Positions 46,698 through 55,010 of a stretch of DNA of 64,000 nt are shown here, piece by piece. The notes under the pieces were generated by a model. The model did not search any database. It saw only the letters and a list, made by a program, of their open reading frames with translations, and was not told the DNA's origin. The first letter of the stretch is position 1. Every line of letters begins with the position of its first letter. The position numbers and the translations under genes are program-made. Source of the stretch: Sphingobacteriia bacterium (lineage in GTDB: Bacteria; Bacteroidota; Bacteroidia; Bacteroidales; TTA-H9); assembly GCA_021286705.1 (NCBI GenBank), contig JAJTBW010000001.1:9325-73324 (forward strand), given 5' to 3'.

Positions 46698-48159
46698 GAA
46701 TAATTTGAGATATATAGCAAGGATCGTTGTTGAAGCAGCAACTCCTTTAGTTGTCGGTTCCGGAGAGGAGGGGTTAACAATTGACAAGTTAATTGCTCGT
46801 GATGTAAACGGACTCCCCATTATACCTGGGTCTGCATTGGCTGGTGTTTTCAGACATGAGTACAGTGCAACTAATGGTAGTGAAAAGGAGAATTATCTTT
46901 TCGGTTATCAAAGTAATAATAATGGAGAAGGGTCTAGAATATTCTTCACCAACGCCCATTTTGTTGGATCAAAGGGTGTTGTTTATGAGGGTTTTGAGCA
47001 TTCAGAAGAGATAAAAACGGATAAATTCGCTGAAGTATTCAAACACCTACCTATACGTCAACATGTCTCTATTGATCATAAAGGGGTAGCTAAGGATGCT
47101 GGTAAATATGATGAAGAGGTATTGTTTAAAGGTACGAGGTTCTGTTTTGAGGTTGAAGCGATCGATATTAACGAGGAAGATTGGTTGTCTTTGCTAAACT
47201 TGTTAAAACAAGATAGATTTAGAATTGGGTCTGGAACACGTAAAGGTTTTGGTGCTTTATCGGTTGTTTCTGCTTCTGCATACACCTATGATTTTACCAA
47301 GAAAACAGATGTTGATTTGTATCTGGATAAGAAGGCTTCCCTCAATTATCCGGTAAATTACTTTAATCCAATTGATTTAGTTGAATCAACCCAGGAGACA
47401 GATGAGTATGTTTTGAGAATTAAAGCTGATAATTTTTTCTTGTTTAGTTCAGGTTTTGCCTCCTCTGATGCCGATATTAATCAGGTTATGGAGGATATAG
47501 TTGTGTGGGATGGGCTTATTCCTGATTTTAAAAAGAATCAGGTGCTTATTCCTGCGACATCCATAAAAGGGGCGATCTCTCATAGGGTTGCTTTCCATTA
47601 TAACAAATTAAAGGGAATTTTTGCTGAAAATATCCATTCTTCGAATCTAATTACTGAGCTAGTAAAGGATGAATCTTATTTTAAAACGCTGATTGATCGT
47701 GAGCATTTTAATAGTTCATCACTTACTTCTTCTGAGTTATTTATAAACTTCAATCCGGCTGTTAGAGGTCTATTTGGCTATTCTGAAAATCCCTGTGATG
47801 ATAAAGACAAGAATCGGTATCAAAAGAATCGTGGTAATGTCATTTTTAATGATCTCTACCTCGATGCAAAGTGTGAGGATTTTAAGGTCTTTAACCATGT
47901 ACGGATCGATAGATTTACTCAAGGCTCTTACGCTGGAGCACTATTCAATGAAAAGGTCGCTGGCATTGGTGGTGAGTTTGATTTAACGATGGCAGTAAAT
48001 AAGAATATTCATTCTGATTATATAAAGTGTTTTGAAAAGGCGTTGCTTGATATTGTTAACGGTATTCTTCCTTTAGGTGGAAGAACAATGCTTGGTCATG
48101 GCATGTTTAGTGGAAAATTGTTCAAAAATAAAACTGAAATTAGTTATGATTCATTATAA
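46690..48159 (+). CDS. Fusion of two Cas7-like RAMP domains
   Basis: Two RAMP units are present. Unit 1 is VVGSGEEG...NGLPIIPGSALAGVFRH ... RIGSGTRKGFGALSV. Unit 2 is IPATSIKGAISHRVAFH ... LPLGGRTMLGHGMFSG. Confidence 0.7.
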   Translation: MSKNNLRYIARIVVEAATPLVVGSGEEGLTIDKLIARDVNGLPIIPGSALAGVFRHEYSATNGSEKENYLFGYQSNNNGEGSRIFFTNAHFVGSKGVVYEGFEHSEEIKTDKFAEVFKHLPIRQHVSIDHKGVAKDAGKYDEEVLFKGTRFCFEVEAIDINEEDWLSLLNLLKQDRFRIGSGTRKGFGALSVVSASAYTYDFTKKTDVDLYLDKKASLNYPVNYFNPIDLVESTQETDEYVLRIKADNFFLFSSGFASSDADINQVMEDIVVWDGLIPDFKKNQVLIPATSIKGAISHRVAFHYNKLKGIFAENIHSSNLITELVKDESYFKTLIDREHFNSSSLTSSELFINFNPAVRGLFGYSENPCDDKDKNRYQKNRGNVIFNDLYLDAKCEDFKVFNHVRIDRFTQGSYAGALFNEKVAGIGGEFDLTMAVNKNIHSDYIKCFEKALLDIVNGILPLGGRTMLGHGMFSGKLFKNKTEISYDSL

Positions 48160-48565
48160 GCAACATAATACGTTAGAAACGTTACCAAACAAAGAGTATC
48201 ATGGTTATTTATGGTTTGCCGACTGTGAATTTCCTGAGGTGATTGATGGTTTTCTATCGGGAAAACTCATGAGTAGAGATAATACATTTATTGTAGAAGG
48301 AAATCTGATGTCAAAGGATAATTTAACTTCTGTATCCATTAAACAGGTAGGATCTACGCAGTTTATAATGGAATTCAATCATAAGGATATTTCTGAAGAT
48401 AGAGCTTTGCAATTTAATGATTTAACCTATATTCCTCATAAATTGCCTGGTTTTAAAGAGATTGTTTTTAGACAGGTTTGGATTGCTGAGAGTGATGAAA
48501 ATTGTTGTAATTGGCCTACTTACAGACCAAAGTATCAGTATTTTGTAGAACTTAAAAAAGATTAG
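48146..48565 (+). CDS. Small protein inside the effector operon (139 aa); occupies the position of cas11/csx19-type genes
   Basis: The ATG at 48146 overlaps the upstream stop by 14 nt. I recognise no motif, and the sequence does not look strongly helical. Confidence 0.4.
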   Translation: MIHYKQHNTLETLPNKEYHGYLWFADCEFPEVIDGFLSGKLMSRDNTFIVEGNLMSKDNLTSVSIKQVGSTQFIMEFNHKDISEDRALQFNDLTYIPHKLPGFKEIVFRQVWIAESDENCCNWPTYRPKYQYFVELKKD

Positions 48566-48567
48566 TC

Positions 48568-50883
48568 ATGGTTTTAATGAAAGCACCTTTTAATTTTGTC
48601 CCATTAAATCAACATGTCTACTATCCTGATTGGGCAGAACAAGTTTCTCAAGATATTCCTTTCAGCGATGGTTTGAGCGGCCAAATAGAGTTGACTATCG
48701 AGGCGGAGAGTCCTATCTATATTAGAAATGGTTTCTCGGTTAATGAGTTAAAATCTGAGAATAAATCTGGGGATTTTGTCTCTAATAGTTTTTGGAATTT
48801 TAATGGTCAGTATTTTATTCCTGGCTCAAGTCTCAAAGGAATGATTCGCAATATTTTTGAGATTATAAGCTTTAGTAAGATGCCAACTGATCCAAGAATG
48901 CGTTTTGCCAGAAGAGACATGTTAGCAAATAATAGGAGTAATATTTATCCTCTTAAGAATATTACGGAACAAAAGGAAATTCGCTGTGGGTGGTTGTCTA
49001 TGAATGATAATTCTTATGTAATTAAAGATTGCGGACATCCATATAGAATTAGTCATAAAGAGCTTGATAAAATTTTTGGTTCTGAGTTATTTGAGAATCA
49101 TTTTTCCAAAGTAAAAGGCAAGGATTTGTCAAAGCCTATAGACCGCTTAAATCCTAAGATGGCTAAATTTAAATATAAACTCATTGAAAAAAATGGATTG
49201 AGCAAATATTTGAAAGGCTCTTTTGTAAAAGATGAAGCCAATAGAAAAGCTACTTACGAGGATGGAAAAGGGAGTCGTGGTGAAATAGTATTTACTGGCC
49301 AGCCAGATAGATGGGATTTTCCTAGAAATAAAGATAGCAAAGGAAAATTTAACGAGTTTGTGATTTTTGAAGATGAGCTTGGTTCAGACTATAAGATTTC
49401 GAGAGAGGTCTTTAATCAATACAACTTCTTTATGGATGATTCTGAAGATTGGCTTTATTGTCTATCCAAGATAAAAGAGGGTAATAGGTATCCTGTTTTT
49501 TTTCGTTTCGAATCAGAAGAGTCAGAAGAGGCTAAGAAAGTTAAAGACTTTGGATTGGCATTTATGTATCGCCTTCCATATATAAAAGGGGTCTCACAGT
49601 TAGTCGATGAGTTTCAAGAGCCCAATGGAATTGATTTAGCTGAGGCTGTTTTTGGATTTACTGAACTTAAGAAAGTTAAACTAGAAAGGAATAAGAAGGT
49701 TGTTGAGAAAATAAATGGGTCCTTAAAATCAAGGGTTCATTTTGGGCATGCCTTTGCTGAGGCAAATTCTATTACTCTGGCGGATCAGATTACAGGATGT
49801 TTGGCGGGACCTAAAGCGTCTTATTATCCCATTTATATTAGGCAACGGGAGGTGGATCCGGATAAAGGAAAGTATTACCAGACTTATGATAATGGCGTGA
49901 TTAGTGGCTGGAAGCGATATCCCTTAAAGGAGAGTGTTCAACTATTACCTAAAATCGGAGATAAAATGGATACGACCTTCGTTCCTGTTGAAAAGGGGGC
50001 GAAGTTTTCGGGAAAGATTACTTTTCATAATTTACGTCCGATAGAATTGGGATGTTTGTTATCTGCAATAACTTTTCACAACAATCCAGAGTACCGTCAC
50101 TCTTTAGGGATGGCAAAACCTTATGGCTATGGAAAAGTAAAGATTGAATCCAAGTTGAAGGTTTTTGATGAGAATAGTCTAGATATTGATGGTTATCTGG
50201 TAGCCTTTGAGAAGAAAATGAATGAGTTCTTAGCAACTAAGAGGTTGGGTAAGTGGTTTTCAACAGAGCAGATTGAAGAGTTATTTGCGATGGCCGACCC
50301 CAAGCGGGTTAATAAGGAAAATTCTGATCAACTTAACTATCTTAACCTTGGTGGAGGCAATGCTGGAGCAAATGAATTTCTGAAGATTAAAAAGCAAAAC
50401 GATTTCCTACATCCTTTTACCTCTGTATTTAAAGGCGGGACTTCAAGAGTTAGTCCGTTGGATTCTTATTTAGCTCGTGAAAAAGCTAATCAGGAAAAAA
50501 TGGAAGAGGAGGCTCGGGAAGCTGAGAAGCGTATGATTGAGGAGCAAGAGATGCAACGTAAGCTTGCCGAACAAGATCGATTAGATAATAAAAAACAGGA
50601 ATACCTTGAACAAGGGCTGGCTCTTTTTCTTAATTCACCTTCGTTTAGCCGATTTTTGGATAAGTGTGATGACTATAAAAAGAAGTTACAGCTAGAGGTT
50701 ATTCCAGAAGATCAACATGGTATAATCATACAAGTCATTGAGTCTTTCAATAAAACCGACAAGGAATTTTTAAAAGAAACAAGAAAAGGTGGCTTCGAGA
50801 AAGGTCGATCTTGGCTTCGATTGCAAAAGCTAATAGGAGAGAAACCTGCTTATAAGATGTTTCAATTGATCTCCAATCCATAG
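48568..50883 (+). CDS. Large RAMP protein (Cas7/Csm5-like, TIGR03986-like) with insertions and a K/E-rich coiled-coil C-terminal extension
   Basis: The N-terminus is APFNFVPLN...LSGQIELTIEAESPIYIRNG...FIPGSSLKGMIRN, and the G-rich loop is SLGMAKPYGYGKVKI. The C-terminal ~170 aa begin EKANQEKMEEEAREAEKRMIEEQEMQRKLAEQDRL. Confidence 0.65.
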   Translation: MVLMKAPFNFVPLNQHVYYPDWAEQVSQDIPFSDGLSGQIELTIEAESPIYIRNGFSVNELKSENKSGDFVSNSFWNFNGQYFIPGSSLKGMIRNIFEIISFSKMPTDPRMRFARRDMLANNRSNIYPLKNITEQKEIRCGWLSMNDNSYVIKDCGHPYRISHKELDKIFGSELFENHFSKVKGKDLSKPIDRLNPKMAKFKYKLIEKNGLSKYLKGSFVKDEANRKATYEDGKGSRGEIVFTGQPDRWDFPRNKDSKGKFNEFVIFEDELGSDYKISREVFNQYNFFMDDSEDWLYCLSKIKEGNRYPVFFRFESEESEEAKKVKDFGLAFMYRLPYIKGVSQLVDEFQEPNGIDLAEAVFGFTELKKVKLERNKKVVEKINGSLKSRVHFGHAFAEANSITLADQITGCLAGPKASYYPIYIRQREVDPDKGKYYQTYDNGVISGWKRYPLKESVQLLPKIGDKMDTTFVPVEKGAKFSGKITFHNLRPIELGCLLSAITFHNNPEYRHSLGMAKPYGYGKVKIESKLKVFDENSLDIDGYLVAFEKKMNEFLATKRLGKWFSTEQIEELFAMADPKRVNKENSDQLNYLNLGGGNAGANEFLKIKKQNDFLHPFTSVFKGGTSRVSPLDSYLAREKANQEKMEEEAREAEKRMIEEQEMQRKLAEQDRLDNKKQEYLEQGLALFLNSPSFSRFLDKCDDYKKKLQLEVIPEDQHGIIIQVIESFNKTDKEFLKETRKGGFEKGRSWLRLQKLIGEKPAYKMFQLISNP

Positions 50884-50917
50884 GGTTCTTTTAAATGTTT
50901 TCTGTCTGTTCGTTATA

Positions 50918-50963
50918 TGATCAGCATCTATAGAAAACTTCAGTTTTCTATAGATGCTGATCA
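50918..50963 (+). terminator. Perfect 21-bp-stem hairpin (loop TTCA) followed by a T-rich tract; terminator or attenuator between effector genes and CARF genes
   Basis: TGATCAGCATCTATAGAAAAC (50918-50938), TTCA, GTTTTCTATAGATGCTGATCA (50943-50963), then AAGCTTTATGTTTTTCTTTT. Confidence 0.6.
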
Positions 50964-50993
50964 AAGCTTTATGTTTTTCTTTTAGTTGATTTT

Positions 50994-52094
50994 ATGAAGG
51001 ATAAATCTCTCATTCGAAATGTTGTGATGCTTTTGGTCTCAGATCAACCAGTGTCAAATCTATTGTTTTGTAGAAATCTTGACTTGGAAATTGATGAAGT
51101 CGTGCTTTTTACGACCACAAAGATGGAGCGAAGTGGAGTTACAGATAATCTAATAAACGTACTTAACTTAACCTGTGAAATAAAGAGAATAGTTATATCT
51201 AATACAGATTATCTGGATGCCTATTCTTTATTAAGTGAGATTAAAAGTGATGGCCAGAGGCTTCTTGTGAATTTAACTGGAGGTAATAAGATTATGGCTA
51301 TGGCTGTTTATGATGCTTTTAGAGATCATGGTGGGTGTCGTTTTTATTATAGTCCGGTGGGTGGTGATTTATTCACATGTTTCAATGACCCAGATGCGTC
51401 ATTTTCTATTAGAAGGAATCTAAATGTATCTGAGTATTTGAACTCATACGGCATTGGTTTTAACCATTCTGAGAATTGTATCGCTAACTTTAAGGAGGCG
51501 GAAATGATCATGCGGTTACACCAAAAATATAAATTTAATAGAAGAAGAGTGCTGAATTATTTGGAGTCCAATAAAAGTGATTATGTCGAGTTCAAGAAGT
51601 ACTATGAAGGGGGCTGGTTTGAGGAATATTTGTATTATTCTATAAAAAAGCACTTGAATTTAGGCGATGATGAGATCTATTTAGATGTTGAACTGATAGC
51701 TGATCAAGAGACTGGTAGAGTAGTTAATGAGTTAGATGTAGCATTTGTATATAAGAGTGATCTGTATATTATAGAAGCTAAAGCGAATGTTACATCAAGA
51801 GGCGTATATAATATTAACCCACTTGAAAGCAGTCGTCCAAAGGTTAGTGTGGCCGACGACAAGCCGTTAGGTCAATACTTGTATAAGCTTGCTGCTGTTA
51901 ATAAGTTACTTGGTATACGTACTCAATGTGTATTAGCTACCTTAACAGATCTTCGTTCTGGTGGTGAGGACTTTAACAGAACACTTCAAGACAGAATGAA
52001 AATTCTTGATATTCATCATTTAATTGATAGATATGAATTTATTAACGATGAAAATTTTAGTAAACGAATAAATTATTTAGTAAAAAACTTTTAG
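50994..52094 (+). CDS. CARF + PD-(D/E)xK nuclease, Card1/Can2-like (DUF1887-type), copy 1
   Basis: The N-terminal Rossmann-like CARF is VMLLVSDQPVSNLL...VNLTGGNKIMAMAV. The C-terminal nuclease motif is ELDVAFVYKSDLYIIEAKAN. Confidence 0.7.
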   Translation: MKDKSLIRNVVMLLVSDQPVSNLLFCRNLDLEIDEVVLFTTTKMERSGVTDNLINVLNLTCEIKRIVISNTDYLDAYSLLSEIKSDGQRLLVNLTGGNKIMAMAVYDAFRDHGGCRFYYSPVGGDLFTCFNDPDASFSIRRNLNVSEYLNSYGIGFNHSENCIANFKEAEMIMRLHQKYKFNRRRVLNYLESNKSDYVEFKKYYEGGWFEEYLYYSIKKHLNLGDDEIYLDVELIADQETGRVVNELDVAFVYKSDLYIIEAKANVTSRGVYNINPLESSRPKVSVADDKPLGQYLYKLAAVNKLLGIRTQCVLATLTDLRSGGEDFNRTLQDRMKILDIHHLIDRYEFINDENFSKRINYLVKNF

Positions 52095-52096
52095 TT

Positions 52097-53302
52097 ATGA
52101 AAAAACTTTTGGTTAATTTAATTAGCGAGCAGACCATTCCAGTTTTGCTTTCTATAAATTCATTTCCCGAGGCGAAGCATCATCTGTTTATTACAACTCG
52201 AAAAATGGAGGATGCTGAGACAGGACGGCGAAGTTTATGGTTAAAAAAGGCAGCTAATTTGGATCCTGTTAATGTTGTGGTGACAGAGGTTTTGGCTGAT
52301 GATTATAATGATATTATGGCTAAGCTCGGATCTGAGCAGATGGAGGATTATTATAAGGAGTTTGATGAGATTATTGTTAATATTACAGGTGGAAATAAGC
52401 TGATGTCTATCGCTGTGAATGAATTTTTTAAGGGAAAAACAGAGAATATCTACTATTTGCCAATTCATAATGAAACATACGTTATTCCTAATAACCCATT
52501 GTATAAGAAGACAGTTAACTCATTGCTGAGTATCGAGACCTATTTAGGTGCCTGTGGTTTGCATAAGACTGATAAACGTGTTTCCTTTAAGCAACCACTT
52601 AACTCTCCTCGGGCATTTACATTTGAGGAGTTGGAGCGACTATTAGGTGAGTTTTTGGTAAATGAGGAGCTAAGAGCCAAGAGTGAGCGGTTAAGATTAC
52701 TGTTTAGAGCAGATGATTCTGTATATCGATTTAAAAAGGACAAATTGGATTATTCTGTTTTGCCGGAAGCAGATGAGATAGATGAGATATTAACTAGTTT
52801 TGGGTTCTCACCTGATGAAATGATTGGGAAGAAGACGGTGGATTTTATCACGGGTGGTTGGTATGAAGAATATGTATACTATTTAGTTTGCAGTATGTTT
52901 GAGAAGGAGGGATTAGTTCCTGTGGGTTATGACTTAGAAGATTTTGTGAAAATTGGAGTGCAATTATCACCTAAAGCTGGTGATGAATTTAAGGCTAAGT
53001 ATTTTACTTCTAATGACCTTGACGTTATATTCATTCTTAATTCGAAGCTATATGTTATCGAATGTAAAAGTGGCGGAATGGATAAGACGTATGACTATAA
53101 TAGAACTGTATATATGCAAAGTGCTCTGAGGAAATATTTTGGACTGAGTGTTACTTCAGTTTTATGTACATTGTCTTCTGTAAGCGAGGAAAATATGGAG
53201 AAAGCGAAGGTTTTTGGAATAAAAGTATTAGACAAAAGTTATTTTGCTAATTCTATCAATGAAAAAAGCATAAAAGATTTTTCACAATCAAAGAGAGATT
53301 AA
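52097..53302 (+). CDS. CARF + PD-(D/E)xK nuclease, Card1/Can2-like, copy 2
   Basis: The CARF is LVNLISEQTIPVLL...VNITGGNKLMSIAV and the nuclease motif is DLDVIFILNSKLYVIECKSG. It starts 2 nt after copy 1. Confidence 0.7.
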   Translation: MKKLLVNLISEQTIPVLLSINSFPEAKHHLFITTRKMEDAETGRRSLWLKKAANLDPVNVVVTEVLADDYNDIMAKLGSEQMEDYYKEFDEIIVNITGGNKLMSIAVNEFFKGKTENIYYLPIHNETYVIPNNPLYKKTVNSLLSIETYLGACGLHKTDKRVSFKQPLNSPRAFTFEELERLLGEFLVNEELRAKSERLRLLFRADDSVYRFKKDKLDYSVLPEADEIDEILTSFGFSPDEMIGKKTVDFITGGWYEEYVYYLVCSMFEKEGLVPVGYDLEDFVKIGVQLSPKAGDEFKAKYFTSNDLDVIFILNSKLYVIECKSGGMDKTYDYNRTVYMQSALRKYFGLSVTSVLCTLSSVSEENMEKAKVFGIKVLDKSYFANSINEKSIKDFSQSKRD

Positions 53303-53682
53303 TGCTAATCAATATATCAAATCATTCATGTACTAGTTGGGGATTAGATCAGTTAAATACTGCCAAGAGCAAGTGGAGTCGTGTGGTTGATTTATTAAGT
53401 CCGATGATTCCACCCGAAGCAGGTGTTAATGATCTAATCCCTGTCGTAAATGATTATGTCAAAAAGGTTCAAGAAATTGCAAAACTGGAGAAAGAGGGCA
53501 CTGTATTTATTCATGTTATGGGCGAATTAACATTTACATTTATGGTGATAGCAAAGCTTCAGCGGGAAGGATTTCAATGTGTAGCTAGCACGACCAAGCG
53601 GGATGTTATCGAAGAGAATGGAATTAAACTTAGTGAGTTTAAATTTGTTCAGTTTCGAGTATTTCCAAAATTCGATGAATAG
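53302..53682 (+). CDS. Small CRISPR-linked protein of unknown function (126 aa)
   Basis: It overlaps the upstream stop by 1 nt (TAATG). The sequence is LINISNHSCTSWGLDQL...FIHVMGELTFTF. It might be Csx20-like, but I cannot verify that. Confidence 0.45.
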   Translation: MLINISNHSCTSWGLDQLNTAKSKWSRVVDLLSPMIPPEAGVNDLIPVVNDYVKKVQEIAKLEKEGTVFIHVMGELTFTFMVIAKLQREGFQCVASTTKRDVIEENGIKLSEFKFVQFRVFPKFDE

Positions 53683-54025
53683 CACTATCGAAGTTCCTCT
53701 GTTGTGATTGTTAGAAGCTTTGTGGTCATTAAGCGTATATATTTTATACTATTTGATTAAATACGTTGTTGCTTCCTTGTTTTATTGGTTTTTAGTTAAT
53801 TTTTTTCATCTAGAGATATAAGAGCTATTGATCCTCCTCTTTTCTTTTCCTTCTTAATCCAATAGTGATGGTGTTAGAAGGGAGAGGAAGAGGAGGGGAA
53901 GTGGAGAGGTGATTTAGATGTTCATGTGTTTCGTGTGAAAGATTGTTTGAAGAGTATTTAAAGAATTTGTCTTGAGTTATGTTTTGAGTGTAAAAGAGTA
54001 CTTATGATTGAAATAAATATTTGTT

Positions 54026-55009
54026 ATGGAGCTAATATTAAATAGTTTTGGTACAACTTTATCGAGGGAGAATGACCAATTTGCAGTGTCACATGCTGAT
54101 GGTAAACAATTGATTCATCCTTCAGAAATCAAATGCATTTCTATAAGTAAAGGGGCAAGAATAACTTCTGATGCCGCACTGCTTGCTATCGATAATGAGA
54201 TAGATGTACTGTTTATTGATAAAAAGGGGATGCCAAAAGGGCGCATCTGGAGTTCAAAATATGGTTCAATCAGTACAATAAGAAGAAAGCAGTTAGATTT
54301 TACCTTCAATGAGATGGCTGTAGAATGGATAAAGGATGTTATACGCCAGAAGTTAGAGAATCAGATTGCTTTGCTTTATAGTAGTTGCCCTGTTGATCGA
54401 TTAAATGATGTCTCTTTCAATAGATTATTGAATCGGATAAAAGACTATTCGGTTAAGATTGAAGGTCTTAATGGTGGGATTGTTCAGGACGTAGCTTCCT
54501 CGTTAAGGGGCTGGGAAGGTGCTGCAGGAAAGATATATTTTGAGACGTTATCAACGTTTTTGCCAGAAGAGTATAAGTTTCAAGGAAGGAGTCAAAATCC
54601 TGCTGTTGATTTGTTCAATGCATTATTAAATTATGGTTATGGGATATTGTATGGCAAGATAGAGGGTGCAATGATCAGAGCAGGGATTGATCCTTATGTA
54701 GGTGTTTTTCATCGTGACGATTATAACAGGCCAGTGTTGGTCTTTGATGTGATAGAGTTATATAGAGTCTGGGTGGATTATGTTGTTTTTAATTTATGTA
54801 AACAGAAGGCTATCGGGGAGGAGTGCTATAGTAGGCGCCCTGATGGTTCCGTTTGGTTGGAGATTCTTGGAAGAAGAATTCTTATTCAATCGATCAATGA
54901 CTATTTTGATGAAGTTATACTCATTAAAGGACTTGAAAGAACGCGACTTACGCATTTGGAATTGTATTGTCAGAATCTAGCTCAGTATTTTTTAAAAGGG
55001 AAGTGGTAA
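54026..55009 (+). CDS. cas1: Cas1 integrase
   Basis: 327 aa with EGAAGKIYF, NALLNYGYGILY and GIDPYVGVFHRDDYNRPVLVFDVIELYR, the conserved E/H/D catalytic region. Confidence 0.9.
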   Translation: MELILNSFGTTLSRENDQFAVSHADGKQLIHPSEIKCISISKGARITSDAALLAIDNEIDVLFIDKKGMPKGRIWSSKYGSISTIRRKQLDFTFNEMAVEWIKDVIRQKLENQIALLYSSCPVDRLNDVSFNRLLNRIKDYSVKIEGLNGGIVQDVASSLRGWEGAAGKIYFETLSTFLPEEYKFQGRSQNPAVDLFNALLNYGYGILYGKIEGAMIRAGIDPYVGVFHRDDYNRPVLVFDVIELYRVWVDYVVFNLCKQKAIGEECYSRRPDGSVWLEILGRRILIQSINDYFDEVILIKGLERTRLTHLELYCQNLAQYFLKGKW

Positions 55010-55010
55010 T

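Noticed and set aside
48077-48145. Upstream start at 48077 for the small effector-operon ORF, giving an 83-nt overlap with the double-Cas7 gene.
   Set aside because: The ATG at 48146 gives a compact 14-nt overlap typical of this operon. The extra N-terminal 23 aa (MEEQCLVMACLVENCS...) look like out-of-frame read-through of the upstream gene.
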